From Iphione sp. A-MEVVRFRX5 (taxonomy: Eukaryota), in contig OZ320316.1 of the NCBI GenBank assembly GCA_976226885.1, positions 89,280,001-89,344,000 of the forward strand: 64,000 nucleotides of DNA. Reading direction: 5' to 3'. The notes under the pieces are model-generated. The model saw nothing but the letters and a program-made list of their open reading frames with translations, was not told the DNA's origin and did no database searches. Below, one piece after another: positions 37,301 through 50,600 of this stretch; position 1 is the stretch's first letter; every line of letters starts with the position of its first letter. The position numbers were made by a program, and so were the translations under genes.

Positions 37301-40300
37301 ACACTTGGAAATTCAATTGGTGTCACCTGCCGAGGCGTAATTGAATGAACTGGCTTTGATGTAGGAGAGGGGATGATGAAACCTGCGGGACCTGACCTGT
37401 GCACTGACTCCCTTGGTACGCAAAGAAAAACAGCATAGTATATATAGCGCACTACAATATCATTTGGGGATTTGATGGTAGTCTCTCATTGAATACCTCT
37501 CCATAACGAAGGGTTTTTTTGAGTAATGCTCGTGCTAAGCGGGGCTTCTGCGGAGTAAATCTTTCCACACGTCCACAACCTTTCTACATCCATCAAGCCT
37601 TACGGTACGCCCCTCCTCCTCAACACCTTCGGTCACGGAGGGCATCGTGCATTCATCTGGAGGCCCAGGGATTCAGTCCGGATCCCGCCTTCTGTCACAC
37701 CTTCCCTGGTGGCGAGTTGCCCTTGTGGCCTTGCCTAGGCTCTCCCAGGGAGTGTCAGGCGAGCATCCACAGTCCACCCGATCCCTAATTAGTGTTGGCG
37801 ACAATCGCAGGGATTGATGCAAGACGGAAATAGCCCTGGACAGCTGTAGATGTCCCGCACGAGTTGACCCCCTTCAGCAATTCTTTAAGACTACAGACTT
37901 TCAATGGATGAATGTCTGTTTCTCCTCTTGGAGTATATTAATAATTAAGTACGAGGTACGCTAATGACGTTCTTCTTACATGTAACAAAGTGAAATTGTC
38001 ATCGGTGTCTGTTAGCTGCTTTCCCCTGGGTATTGTATTCGTCACTGAAAATATAACGTCAAAAGCTGTTTTGTTGGTTCACTGTTTTAGCCAGTACATC
38101 ATTTGCAACACAACTAATACAGACACCTTTGAACAATGAACACCGAAGACCTGTATTGTGCTCTTTGTGGGTATTGTTGCATTTTGTTAAATGCACGCTC
38201 TCAAATCAGGGGTTGGTAATGGACACAGTATAGGGGACGTTCACTTTGTTCCATTCATTTAGTCGCCAATAGGTCCGCAGCTCAGATAATGTGGGCTCAA
38301 GCCGAAGTGATATTCTTTTGTTCTTGCAACGAATCCTGTCATGATTATATGGTGGGCCGTGGCTTTCACGGCACACTGCCCCTTAGGGACATGGTCGAGG
38401 AAGATGCGGCAACCTCACCTGTACAGGGGGACAGGTGATTGAAAGAGTCTGTTTTCAGTCACCCCATGCGTTGTTGGGCGAAGGTATCGAAATGGTGCTC
38501 AATAGCTGGCCTTTTAGGTAGCGTGCTTGTGGCAGGTGTCAAAGATCAAATGTGTCCGCGATCGCATCGTTTTGCCGACCGCCTATTTAGATTTTATCAT
38601 CCGTGCTGAGATCGCACCGCTTAGGTCAGGCCACCTTTGTCTCCTATTGTCAGAACCGGCATTGTCACCAGGGAATGCTCGTAGTGGTAGTCGGTGGCCG
38701 CAGCCATTTCAGTACGTCTGGTGTTCGGCCGCTTGAGGATTCTGGGTGTAAAGCGGTCAACATTCACAGGCCTGCTAGCCGGCAACGGCCTGTGATCACC
38801 GCCTTCTTCATCTGGCTTGATTCCCCTTAATTTTCTGATTACGACGAACCAATCTTCGCCCACACCGAGTCCCATCTTGAATTCCAATTGGAAGTAGAAT
38901 GAAGGATCGTGTATCTATTTGGCGGACATCGACTGGGACCTAGTCTCATTCGATTAAAAAGTCAGCCTACCCTCTAGTGAAGGGGTAGGAATGCTCTTTC
39001 CGGCTAAGCTTTGCAGAGAGTGATGTTAGTACCGTCCCAGTAAGGTGAAAGAAGTACACGGGAGCAATTATTTTACGTTGTCCTCTTCTACTCTCTGGAC
39101 CGTTTGATTAGAAATGGGTCTTTGAAGTGCCTCTTTGAAAGCAGAGCTTCAAAGAGTAACATTATTTCTGTTACAGACAAATGTTAGCTAATGTTTAAAT
39201 AACCGCCAGCACGACTGCTCTCCAGTGGCACTGCGCTGGCAAATGCAGTGCATATCAATATGTATAATTGTTTCGAATCGAAGATGTAAGTGGGGATTGA
39301 ATGCTTCTTGCTGGCCAGCTTTGACCAAACGTTTATACAGTATCATCATCATTCGGCTCAATAAAAACATGCTTGCGTTTTCCTTTTCGCCCCAGGATAG
39401 AATTCATCATCATTATTGCAATCCATTGGACTCGGCTGCCGTTTGGGAGTCGGTTGTCGAGCCTGCGGCACGGGGTAAATAAGTGATAATGGATAGGTAT
39501 GCTCAACACCCGGGTCTGTTACCAAGTAATAAGCCCTAGTCAATACAATGCAACGGTTATAATTAAGTCCTAGAAATGCCGAAGGGAAGCCAAGCCGACC
39601 CGGTGGTAAGAGATCGGGGCCAGTCGACAATGTGATAATCTCTTTCATCCGATTAAAGAACATGTTCGGACTCTGATATCAATATTCCATTAATTGAGAT
39701 GTGGGGTCTGCGAAACTAAAAATGGTGACAGGAGATGGAAGCCGCATCACATTTTGGTTCTACCAATACAGTTTAGGCATGGGCTTTTGCCGAGATAGGG
39801 TGGTGCCTTTCACTTTAAAATTCGTCACCAAATGGATGTCTCCTTGGTATTTAGTTGTCCTAATATTGAGCCTCCCTTGACGCCGCTTTGGAAAATGACA
39901 AATTTTAATGTTCTATAAAAAGGCTCCGTTGCAAGTGCTGCCTCTAGTGAATGTCGAACGAGGAGAACATTTCCGTTTGGTACCCCTCTCTGCACCTTTG
40001 AGAGGAACGGTAAGACCTGCTCGTTGAAAAAAGACATCAAGCAATAGAAGTGACCTTTTTTCATCCGTCTGGTACAGCAGAAAGAACGGCGAGTAAGTTA
40101 ATGTAATGGCCCTCTCAGACGATGCCAAGAATTATGGGAAAGGACTCGGCAATAACCGTTTGAGGTCCTTTGTACGTTAGAACCCTGTTCTAGAAGCGAA
40201 AAATCGTCTTAAATCATCTATTTGTTGCATCTGGACAGCTTTAAACAAATGTAATGAGGAACTCCAGAGTGTGTACATCTAGATTCTTAGGCCCAGTTTT

Positions 40301-40743
40301 CATGTGTGTATTGGGGGTCCATAAGGCATCCATGCCCATCACCAAGCCGTTCTTTTTACCTGCGGCCCCAGGTATCCTCAACACACAGGGGTGTCTTTTT
40401 AGTTTGCATTGAGGTGTGGCAAAAAGTGATGAAAATGATGAGGAACTGTATGAAAAATGATACGTTGGAGGTGAATAAGTATGAAAAATCGCGAATTTGC
40501 TTGGATATGTGCATATATGTGCAGATATGAAATGAAAATAGGTGAATTTGACCAGGAAACAGCAGATATGGGGGAAAAGACCTTGCTTTCGCTTGTGTTG
40601 GTGTTTGTACATGAAATTATCAAACTCAACAATAAGCAACAGACGCCCAATGCACCGCAACACACACACACATAAAAGGCACCCTACATTGTAGTCAGAA
40701 TGATCTATAAAATGCATGGAAAAACACTGACACCAACGCACAT

Positions 40744-40879
40744 GTGATAGATACATAAGGAGTACGTGGCTGTATGCAATATATTGTCACGGCAGGGATT
40801 AGCACGAGGCGCAGCCGAGTGTGTAGCCCTGCCGTGACAATATATTGCATACAGCCACGTACGAGCTTATGTATCTCAC
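40744..40879. repeat. 136-bp near-perfect palindrome (hairpin-type element)
   Basis: Perfect 36-bp arms at 40762-40797 and 40827-40862 (gtacgtggctgtatgcaatatattgtcacggcaggg). Outer arms gatacataag/cttatgtatc and gtga/tcac. The 29-bp centre contains CAC-GA-GGC-GCA-GCC-GA-GTG. Confidence 0.9.
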
Positions 40880-40903
40880 TTAAAGCAAGGCCCCCTCTCT
40901 ATC

Positions 40904-42147
40904 CCTCTACAGAGCATTACAGGATACAAACAACAGGTCACACACACCTCTACAGAGCATTACAGGGGACACACAACAGGCCACACACACCTCTACAGAG
41001 CATTACAGGGGACACACAACAGGTCACACACACCTCTACACAGCATTACAGGGGACACACAACAGGTAACAGGCAACTCTACAGATCATTACAGGGGACA
41101 CACAACAAGTCACAGACAAATCTACAGAGCATTACAGGAGACACACGATAGGTCACAGACACCTCTACAGAGCATTACAGGGGACACACAACAGGTCACA
41201 AACACCTCTACAGAGCATTACAGGGGACACATAACAGGTAACAGACACCTCTACAGAGCATTACAGGGGATGCACAACAGGTCACAGACACCTCTACAGA
41301 GCATTACAGGGGACACACAACAGGTCACAAACACCTCTACAGAGCATTACAGGGGACACATAACAGGTCACAGACACCTCTACAGAGCATTACAGGGGAC
41401 ACATAACAGGTCACAGACACCTCTACAGAGCATTACAGGGGACACATAACAGGTCACAGACACCTCTACAGAGTATTACAGGGGACACACAATAGGTCAC
41501 AAACACCTCTACAGAGCATTACAGGGGACACATAACAGGTAACAGACACCTCTACAGAGCATTACAGGGGACACAACAGGTCACAGACACCTCTACAGAG
41601 CATTACAGGGACACATAACAGGTCACAGACACCTCTACAGAGTATTACAGGGGACACACAATAGGTCACAGACACCTCTACAGAGCATTACAGGGGACAC
41701 ACAACAGGTAACAGACACCTCTACAGAGCATTACAGGGGACACATAACAGGTAACAGAGACCTCTACAGAGCATTACAGGGGACACATAACAGGTCACAG
41801 ACACCTCTACAGAGCATTACAGGGGACACACAACAGGTAACAGACAACTCTACAGATCATTACAGGAGATGCACAACAGGTCACAGACACCTCTACAGAG
41901 CATTACAGGGGACACACAACAGGTCACAGACACCTCTACACAGCATTACAGGGGACATACAACAGGTAACAGACACCTCTACAGAGCATTACAGGGGACA
42001 CACAACAGGTAACATAAAACTCTACAGAAGGTTACAGGACACACACAACAGGTCATACACAACTCTACAGAGGGTTACAGGGGACACACTGCAGGTAGCA
42101 CACACCTCTACAGAAGGTTACAGGACACACACAACAGGTTACACACC
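40904..42147. repeat. Minisatellite, 43-bp unit, 29 copies
   Basis: Consensus cctctacagagcattacaggggacacacaacaggtcacagaca. Units counted at a 43-bp period, except 41 bp (at 41549) and 42 bp (at 41590). Edge units are more diverged. Confidence 0.95.
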
Positions 42148-42223
42148 CATGTACAGCCCAACAGAGTGATTTTGTCCAACAATGAATTTGTCACCACTAC
42201 CAACATGCACTTCTCAGAGTAAA

Positions 42224-42448
42224 GACTCAATAGCTGAATGGATAAGAGCGCTAGACAGGCAGAACAGACATACGTGGGTTCGAATCCCCAAGCAGCAGAG
42301 GCAATGAAAAATCGTCCAGGCCACTCCCTTGCACTGGGCTGACCAAACAAAAAATCACTCATCCATAACTGTTGTGTAACCCCATGGTACCGTGCTGTAC
42401 GCGGAATACAGCCACGGTCACCCAAATAGACGCAAAGAGAAAAAAAGA
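42224..42448 (+). mobile_element. tRNA-derived SINE
   Basis: A box TAGCTGAATGG (42231-42241) and B box GGTTCGAATCC (42277-42287) at tRNA-like spacing. No acceptor stem; a unique body follows, ending in an A-rich stretch. Confidence 0.55.
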
Positions 42449-44559
42449 TGGCCGCCGTGCTTTAAATGGAACCCAGGCCTTAATAGTACCATAATGCATG
42501 CCTAGGGGTCATGTTATGCTGGGTGTGAATGAGTACAATTTGTAAGACCTATCACACATACATATTTATGGGGAATTACTGTATCATGACAATTCCCTGG
42601 ACCTTTACCATGTGTATAGATCTGGAGTCCGTAGTCCAGAATCTGATATTGGAAATGAACAATGCCAATAGACATTAGAAGTATATGTATAGGAAATGAA
42701 TATTCTTAGGCATCTTAAAGCACAAGAATATAGGGAAAAAGATGTCATAAGATATAGCCAGTCAAGTTAATTTGTATATTATTACTTGAAAAATATATGT
42801 ACAATTTACACAAAGCTGGAGGGATTTTCTTCAGATCTGCGCAAGAAAATAGAAAATACATAATGTACACAGATTTGGGAGCCACGAGGCCTGAAATAAT
42901 GCTTTCCTGGATGGATCCCATATATGTTTTGTAAAACCAGATACATGGTAAACCGGCCTTACTCAGATGAGAAGATTTTAGAAAGGAATTCACTATATAC
43001 TGAATTGTGCAAGAATAGACAGAATAACATCATTTTAAGCAGAAAAAACGCCGATTCTACAAAGTGCTTGGTTTCTCAATACAGGTCCGAAACCTGCAAG
43101 CGTCCTTAAGTACTTTAGTGAAAGAAAGACTGTTTAGAGATATGCATACTTTTTTAGATTCCTCATAGAAAACGTGGCTAGTAATGATGGGTGTGTTTAA
43201 GAAATAGACACGAGCAACACGATATTACGGTTGGCAAAGTTGGAACATACTATGTTCATTTAATTATTTGCAGTGGTTTTAGACAGATAGTAACGATGGA
43301 CAGACATCGCATATGCATATGTTTCATCAGGCAATATTCTTTTAATAAAGGTTTTGCCTCTTTGAACAAATGAATTATTAAAGAAATGTCAATTATTCAT
43401 TATCCCTCCCAATACAGTGGCATAGAGAAATATGGAAGTCAGACATTGAACAACAGCTAGTGAAACTAGGGCAACGAAATTTGGCGGTCTGCTAAATTCA
43501 CTACCTGTCCTCTAAAGTACATAGGGAAGTAACCCGTGTTCGTGTATTGGGACTGCTAAAGTCAGCCAGGAGGCACTGGGGCCTCTCCAAATCAGGCGTT
43601 GGTGATGTGCTGTTGAGTCATGGAGACTTGCGTGTGGATTATCCATATATCTTTCTGTGACGAGACTGGGCTGCTTGCTAATCACCTTACGGCATACAAG
43701 GGCCATGGTTCTATGCCAAGTAGGGTGGCGAGTTCGTTGTGTCCTGGCGTTTAGAGGAGGTACTGTTAGAGTATGGATGTCTGCTCCAGACAAACCCTGC
43801 TTGTATCTACTCCTGTGAAGTTCTTTGAAGAGGACGGCCCGCAATAGCAACACCGCTGTTCTTCATATTTGCTAACGGCAGGGAAAATTCAGAGAGATGA
43901 CGTACAGCCATAAGAAAAGAAGACTGACGGTTTGTTTTATCATATCGCGTGTTCTACCGACTGGTCCGATCGTAGAATCTTCTTGACAGAGTGGAAGATA
44001 GAACGAGGAAAAACAACAGGTGTCTTCATTTCAGGCGCAAAAGACAGCTGTGGGCTATTAGCGAGTTCTGTCATTTAATACCTACTTTACTCGTTCTAGC
44101 AGTGGGTCTTGTGTGGTACAAATCCTACTATGAAATAAAGGCTAAGATAGAAAATGAATAATTATCATACAACGTACATAAAAAGGCGAATTTGTGTACC
44201 ATGAAATTATACATATATTTGAGAACGTTCTTCTTTGGAGAATGAGAAATTGTTTCTGTTGACCAGATAATTTGCTCTTTACGTCTGGAATGTTTTCACA
44301 TGCTTAAAATAATGAAAATAAATTTTTTACTTCGAAACATTGCGCACATCTTTAAGGCAGTAAAATGAAAATTGTTCTGATTTGTACAGGCTTTAGAAAT
44401 ATGTATCACATGTATTTACAACTGCACGCACTTAAGAGACCTAGACTTGGTAACGCAAACGATTTTAACAATATCATAGTATCAGTCTAATATTCTTTTC
44501 GAATAGATACATGTATGGGAATTTTCTTATACATTTCCTGTCTGTCCGTTATTCTGCCA

Positions 44560-44632
44560 GTCTGGTTATCCGTCTCTGTCTTTCTGTTTATATCTCTGTC
44601 TCTCTCCCGCCTCTGTCCCTCTTTCTCCAGCC
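44560..44632. repeat. CT-rich low-complexity tract
   Basis: ctctgtctttctgtttatatctctgtctctctcccgcctctgtccctctttctcc. Confidence 0.6.
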
Positions 44633-47600
44633 ACACATGAGCCATTGTCTTCGTCTCCCATCCCTTTTCTACAATCGCTCCAAAGGCAATCAAGTACATC
44701 GCCTATACATGGTCTAGCGATTCGGACCTGTCCTGTGGATTCTCTTGAAAGGCATTGATTGAGGAAACACGAAAATCGCCGGATCTTAGAGAAGCCCACT
44801 AAATCGGAGGCAGTGTGTGCAGCCTGAAGAATCCTGGCGGGCTCCTACAGGTGAGGCCTCTGTCAGGCTAGGTGCGTGGTGTTAGATCAGAGTAGCGTGC
44901 AAGACTGAATCATATCCTGTACCGATCCTGAGCAGTTGAGTCTTGCTTGCCCTCAAAAGGAACACTGTCAGGATCAATGACGGCGCGCTGGTAAAGCTAT
45001 GGTCCCTGGAGGCCATCTTAATTAAAGGTAATCAGTGTGACGGACAAGGGTGTGGAATTAAAATCCTGAGGGAGGCTCCCAAGGGCATGTCTGCCATCGC
45101 TAGCCTGAGCTACCTCTCCTTCTTCAGCACACCCACATGGGAAGAGGCGTCAGTGGTAGACAAGGAAAAGAAAAAACGTCAAAACTCGAAAGTGAACTGC
45201 CTGCTGTGTGACTGCATAATTCGTGTCACGCACTAGCTTTGTTTTCTCCAGTTGCTTACATTTGAGGCAAAACTTCCATGCTTGCAGTTAGTCTTAAAGT
45301 TTCAACATTGATATGTTGATGAAGTTTAGATATCTGCTGTATTCTTCTGATCGATTGGTATTCGTGTACGAGCAGATTTTTGGTAAGACAAGAAAATATT
45401 ATTTTGTTAAAATAGTTAATCTTGCCAAAAGAATAATATGTAAATTAAAGTGTGTTTTCTGTTAGGAAAGAGGAAACATAGCTGAAATGCTGCTCCTGTA
45501 AACTTTGGGTTGGCAACTCGTCCTTTCATCCTTGTAATGAACGTCTGAATGGATGGATCCCACTAGGAATGCAGGTCCGTGTCAAATATTCACAAGCCAG
45601 GACGTTGGAGCGCAATTGAATTCGACAAGAAATCAGCAGGGAGAATGATCTGGGCAGATTACTTTAGTATGACCTTTTTCAACATCGTTTTTACTCAAAA
45701 TCTAATGATGACATAACTAGTAATATCATTAACATGCAGTCAGTCACTGCATCAATTATTAAGTATTGCGGTGTCGCAGAGGGGATTTCTAGTTCTAGAG
45801 AAAAGATGTTTGAAAGTTAAGACCACCAACGATCATCAACATTATGTTTTTCCTTTTTCGCAGCAAGACTCTAAACTAGCAGTCAATGTAGTGGGAAACA
45901 GCCACATCCACATCATTAGTCATGTGGTGTCCCCGAACAGCCCGTAGCCCGTCCACCTAGAGAGACCCCACGGTCAGCGTTGCCTGCAAATTTGAAATGC
46001 TGTTAATGGCCAATACCGTTAAGCCATGTTGGAGACATGCTGAAAATAGACTCCTATTTTGGCATAGCATGACGCCGTGGGGTATGGCTGGGGTGAGCTT
46101 TGAGCACCGTTGAAACTTGGTCTTCTGAACCTGTTGTGTTCGAGCCAAGACTGTCACTTGGCTTTTACGCTCAGACATGTCGGCCGTAGACGCATGAAAG
46201 GACCATTTGAAGAGAAAAGAGCCGACGGACATGGCTTCAGGTTTATCTGCGAGTGATCGAGCAAAATTGAAGACGTCCACGAAGCCTTGAGCTGCTCACC
46301 CAGGTCGAGGTAAATGGCAGGGTGGAGAGCCGCGTGCCAATTACGCCTGGCTTATCTAAGCCACATCAAAGAGAGTTGAACATCCTCAGGTGAAGCGGGG
46401 CTTTTGGCAGTTACCAAAAGCACATCACGCCATAAAGTATTACGCTTAAGAAGTCTTGCTAGCCCAGTTTTATCAATACATGTATATCTCACTATGTATG
46501 TCAGTATAATAAAGATATGTACATGAATACGGAAACTGCCTATATGAAATTAGTTTTCTCTATAAACTACATGTATCCTCGTACAATAAACTACTTCGTG
46601 TATACTTGTATACATTTATATATTTTCCTGTCTGTATTGCCCAACATACATGTAAACACATCTACATGTATTTCCATGCGACAGTCTGTCTCTATCATCA
46701 CTACCATCACTCTCTCTCTCTCCCTCTTTCTTGCTAGCTCGTCATCTGTAAAATATAATAGATTATACGTTATATGGGAACCATGCGTGAAGGATATTAT
46801 ATAAAAGTTAAAATATTAATGCAGTCAGCAGAGTGGTAGCCGTGCAGACATATGATAAAGCCCTAAAATGGAGATCTTCAGTGCCTAGTCGTTTCATGGG
46901 TGGGAGGGAGACTATCTACGCTGCTTCTACCCCACTCTTTGCCTACCCTCTAACGCAGACTCCACACGAAAGTCAGGATCATTGGGGAGAGGATGATAAG
47001 ACCGCCGAGACGGCAAGCTGGCCCGGAGAGAGGCCTCTAGCGCTGTCAAGGCAGGCCACTTCCAGCAGACGCTGAAGGCTCGGCTTGTCATTGTCAGGGG
47101 GACAAAGTGTGCAATAATGGAAGCAGCAGCCATCTGAGGAATTCTCAGCGCCTCAGTCAGTCTTGCAGTTTGTTCTGTGATTTGTACTCGTTGCATAGAA
47201 GTAAGAGGCTGGGGCGTCCGGGGACATAGACCTTCTCTATAATTTAGCTTGGCTTGATAGGTGGTGCTGTCTGGTGCTTGGCAGAATGGAACGCCCATTC
47301 GCTGTTTATGTTGGACCTTAAGACACAAAAAAGAAGACGACACAAACAATAGAATGATCTTTGAACTTCCGACTTCTGTAGTATATGACTTTCCTCAGCT
47401 GTGAATGACTGTTAACGTAGCCATAACTGAAGAATTTCGTTTTGCTTTCGTAAAACGATGTACATTTATGTCCCTAATGTCCTAACTGCCTCTTTGTTGT
47501 TCAAGATTCAGCCGTGATGATATGCTTATCTTAATACATGGAGATAGGTATCTTGAATTTAACTTCCATCTGCGATTCGAATAAAGACTGAATCAGTGAA

Positions 47601-50600
47601 TCAGCGCCAGTGTCTTATGAGTCTCCAGAGGCTTCAATTGTGATCGTGCCCCATCAACGCATGCGCAGTGTGCTGGCTAGGGCATAAAACATCTGTCGGT
47701 CGTCACTCCATCGTCCGTTTTCCGGGATCTTCCACCACTTTCACTGGCCGCAGTCAAAGTGCTGCCATCGAGCGCCACTAATGAACTATGATCGATGGAG
47801 TCGTCACGGAGACTCCTATGATCTCGGTCGACCTTAATGAATTATTATGGAAAGGCCGACTTTTGATCACCCAGCGCTAGTCTGCCATATGCCGGTGACC
47901 ATTAGGGCTGGGTGGACACCTCTGGCCGGACGGTGACAGTCGCCGACAGCGCCCGCTCGGTGGGTGGTCAATCAACGTGTAGGCGCGCTCACGTCAGCAC
48001 TGCCGCCGTCAGGCCAAGCGTCTCTGCAGAACGACCATACACCCAGGAAGCAACCTCTCCATCCTGAAAACAACTTCGAATGTGTCAAAAGGAAAGAAGC
48101 GTTTGACGCATGGTCATTTCCGGCGAGATTTATCATAGCCGATGGCGATTAGCTTGGCAATGATATCATTCACAAATGAAAGAGCTTTGGCGCCATCTGC
48201 ATGGATTAATCAACGTTTTTAAGGGACAGTGTGTAAAGTTAAATACACATGATGGGGCGACTATTCCTGGCGCTAATGCCGCCAGAGCCTGCACTGTTAG
48301 TGTTGGTTCTTCCACCTTTTGTCATCTGAGAGTGACGAAACAATACAAAAAGTGTCACCTAACAAGCGTATTAATCCGTCCGTGAACAAGTTTCACTCGC
48401 TTCCGTGTGAGGTGCTTTCAATGGGCATATCAGTTTCACAGCAAGCAGTTAATTGCTTTTCAGAATCGCTCCCTCTCCGACTTGGCGCCCATGTCCGCCC
48501 GGCACTGATCGCCATTGAATCGATAATGGTTCGACTAGTGACTAGTTAGTTGGAGGCCTCGCGGGCTAATAGCAGGAACAAAGAGCCAGGAGGCCGCCTG
48601 CGTTAGGGAGAGGCGAGGACCAAGGCTCCTCTGCTGTGTGTGATACACTCTCCATACATGATGCCATTTTCACATGCGTCCATTGAACGTGGAGCCCATA
48701 ATGGCGCTCCCGTGCACGCATAGGACGCCATTGCTGGAGTGCTTCTCATGATACATTGTTATTGGTACATTTGTGCCGCCACCTACCGGGCGGGCGTGAC
48801 TTCAGCGTCAAGGTCCGGACACGTCAACGCGTCCGACATTGTGCGCCACCGTAGAGGGCATCGCATGTGTTAGACACACTGCATGACTCAGATGGTTACA
48901 GGAGAACCCTCCTCTGGCAAGACAAAGCTCAGTACAGGTGAACCGGCCTTTGTTCTGCTACACCCCGCTGTGGAGAGACCCTGGAGACATTTAGTGACAG
49001 CAGGCACCCCTGCTGCTTGCACACTGCCGTCTTGGGGCTATAAGGGAGGCGGGTGGTCTGCTTAAAGTATGAGTGTCCTCGAGGGCGGAATAACACTATG
49101 CTTCATTATGGACTCAGATGATTAGTTCACTGCTCCCTTGAGAAAGCTCTTTTGTGATACCCAATCAAAATGTGGTGGATCAAAATCAATTTTAAAAAGG
49201 AACGCTCGCTTTGAAATGGGTTGATATTAAATTTGTGGATCAGCGATCCCTTATTTTCTCACATTAAAAGTCAAATCAAGGTTAATGCAAATGGTCATCA
49301 TTGCCTTTCTCATTTTATCTGGACATCGATCTAATCACGCATGGGCATCTGGGAATGTGTCCAGGCCTTTGTATCTAACAGAAGCAATTATCAATCAATT
49401 ATCCGACGCCATTTTCTATTTAATACATTACCACCCTCAGGCAATTAGCTGCACAAAAGACTGAACGATGGGATGTGAACTTCTGGGCGGTCCATTTGAC
49501 CCAAGGCCGGCTTGATATGTAAAGGAAACCCTGTGCTATGGAGCAAAATAATTGATGGGCAAGGACGACTAGGCGGTGAGCCCCGGCGAAGCAGCATTTC
49601 TTGTCCTCGTGAATTGTCACAAGTTGGATTCAGACCATGCCACCCACAACGTTTGATTGGTCATTCTCTGTTGAGGATCCCTATTTCCCACCCAACTCCC
49701 CATAGAGCTCCTTTATATACGCCCTCCCGTAGGGAACCGAGTCTCGACAGGTGCTGTCGTTCTCTAAGAGGCCCCACACTAGGGTGTACCTCCTCTAGGT
49801 CAGCCGATAGGTCATCCAAAACCTTTTATGCCCGCAACCTAGTACAGCTGTATGTAAACAACGGTAGGTGAAGCATAAACAAACCTCTAGCACAATGGTT
49901 CACTCCATGGGTTAATTGGTTGTTCTGAGCCTGGGTTTACTACGTTGGTGTCTCCTCCGTTTAACCTAGAATAGGTCATAAAAGAGATTTATCGAAAGTT
50001 ATTCTCCTTATAGCGCCGTGAGGTGACATGTTCTTAAATATTGTCGCAGTAGTAGATTTATATGGCACAACCTCACTTTACTGCATCGCTGTAAAGCTAT
50101 AAATATTTTATCATCTGATAACGGGAATGATGAAAATGCGACTTAGTACGTAATAATGTCGATTTAGTACGTCTCCCAGACACAACCGGTGTCGGGCGAT
50201 GACAGAAAGGTAATTTGAAGCTGACCTAATTCCGCAATGATGGTAATGGAAGTTGAAGGTGCGATTGATTTTGTCGCAGACTTCAATGAAATTTGCATGA
50301 ACGATACCTCGGCGACATTCAGTCGGACCTCCATAAAGAGGCTGGTCGGTCCGGCGCGACTGCTGCGCGCCTTCTCGCGCCTTCCCAGGTCGTCCCCACC
50401 GACGCCTATCCCACGGCGGTTTTATAGCAGGCGCTGATGCATACGGGCTCGTCCTGATGAATTTCATAAGCGATGAGGAGGTGAGGGATCAACAGTGAAA
50501 AATATGCAGATAAGGACACTGTCCTTTCTTGTCGAGTCGCCGCCAAGCAGCCGCTGGCATTCTCCTGTCATAGGTTGCGCTGCTATGGTGACCGTGTTAT

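Noticed and set aside
40774-41151. 125-aa ORF spanning the palindrome and array
   Set aside because: Translation of repeats; the 43-bp unit shifts frame with every copy.
40904-42147. CRISPR-like array
   Set aside because: Head-to-tail units with no unique spacers, eukaryotic context, no cas genes.
42224-42295. Functional tRNA gene
   Set aside because: A and B boxes are present but no acceptor stem or anticodon arm can be folded.
42700-43200. Stop-riddled + strand frame (LEKYMYNLHK...LLR*EDFRKEF) faintly like a LINE ORF2 C-terminus
   Set aside because: Similarity too weak to call without a profile search.
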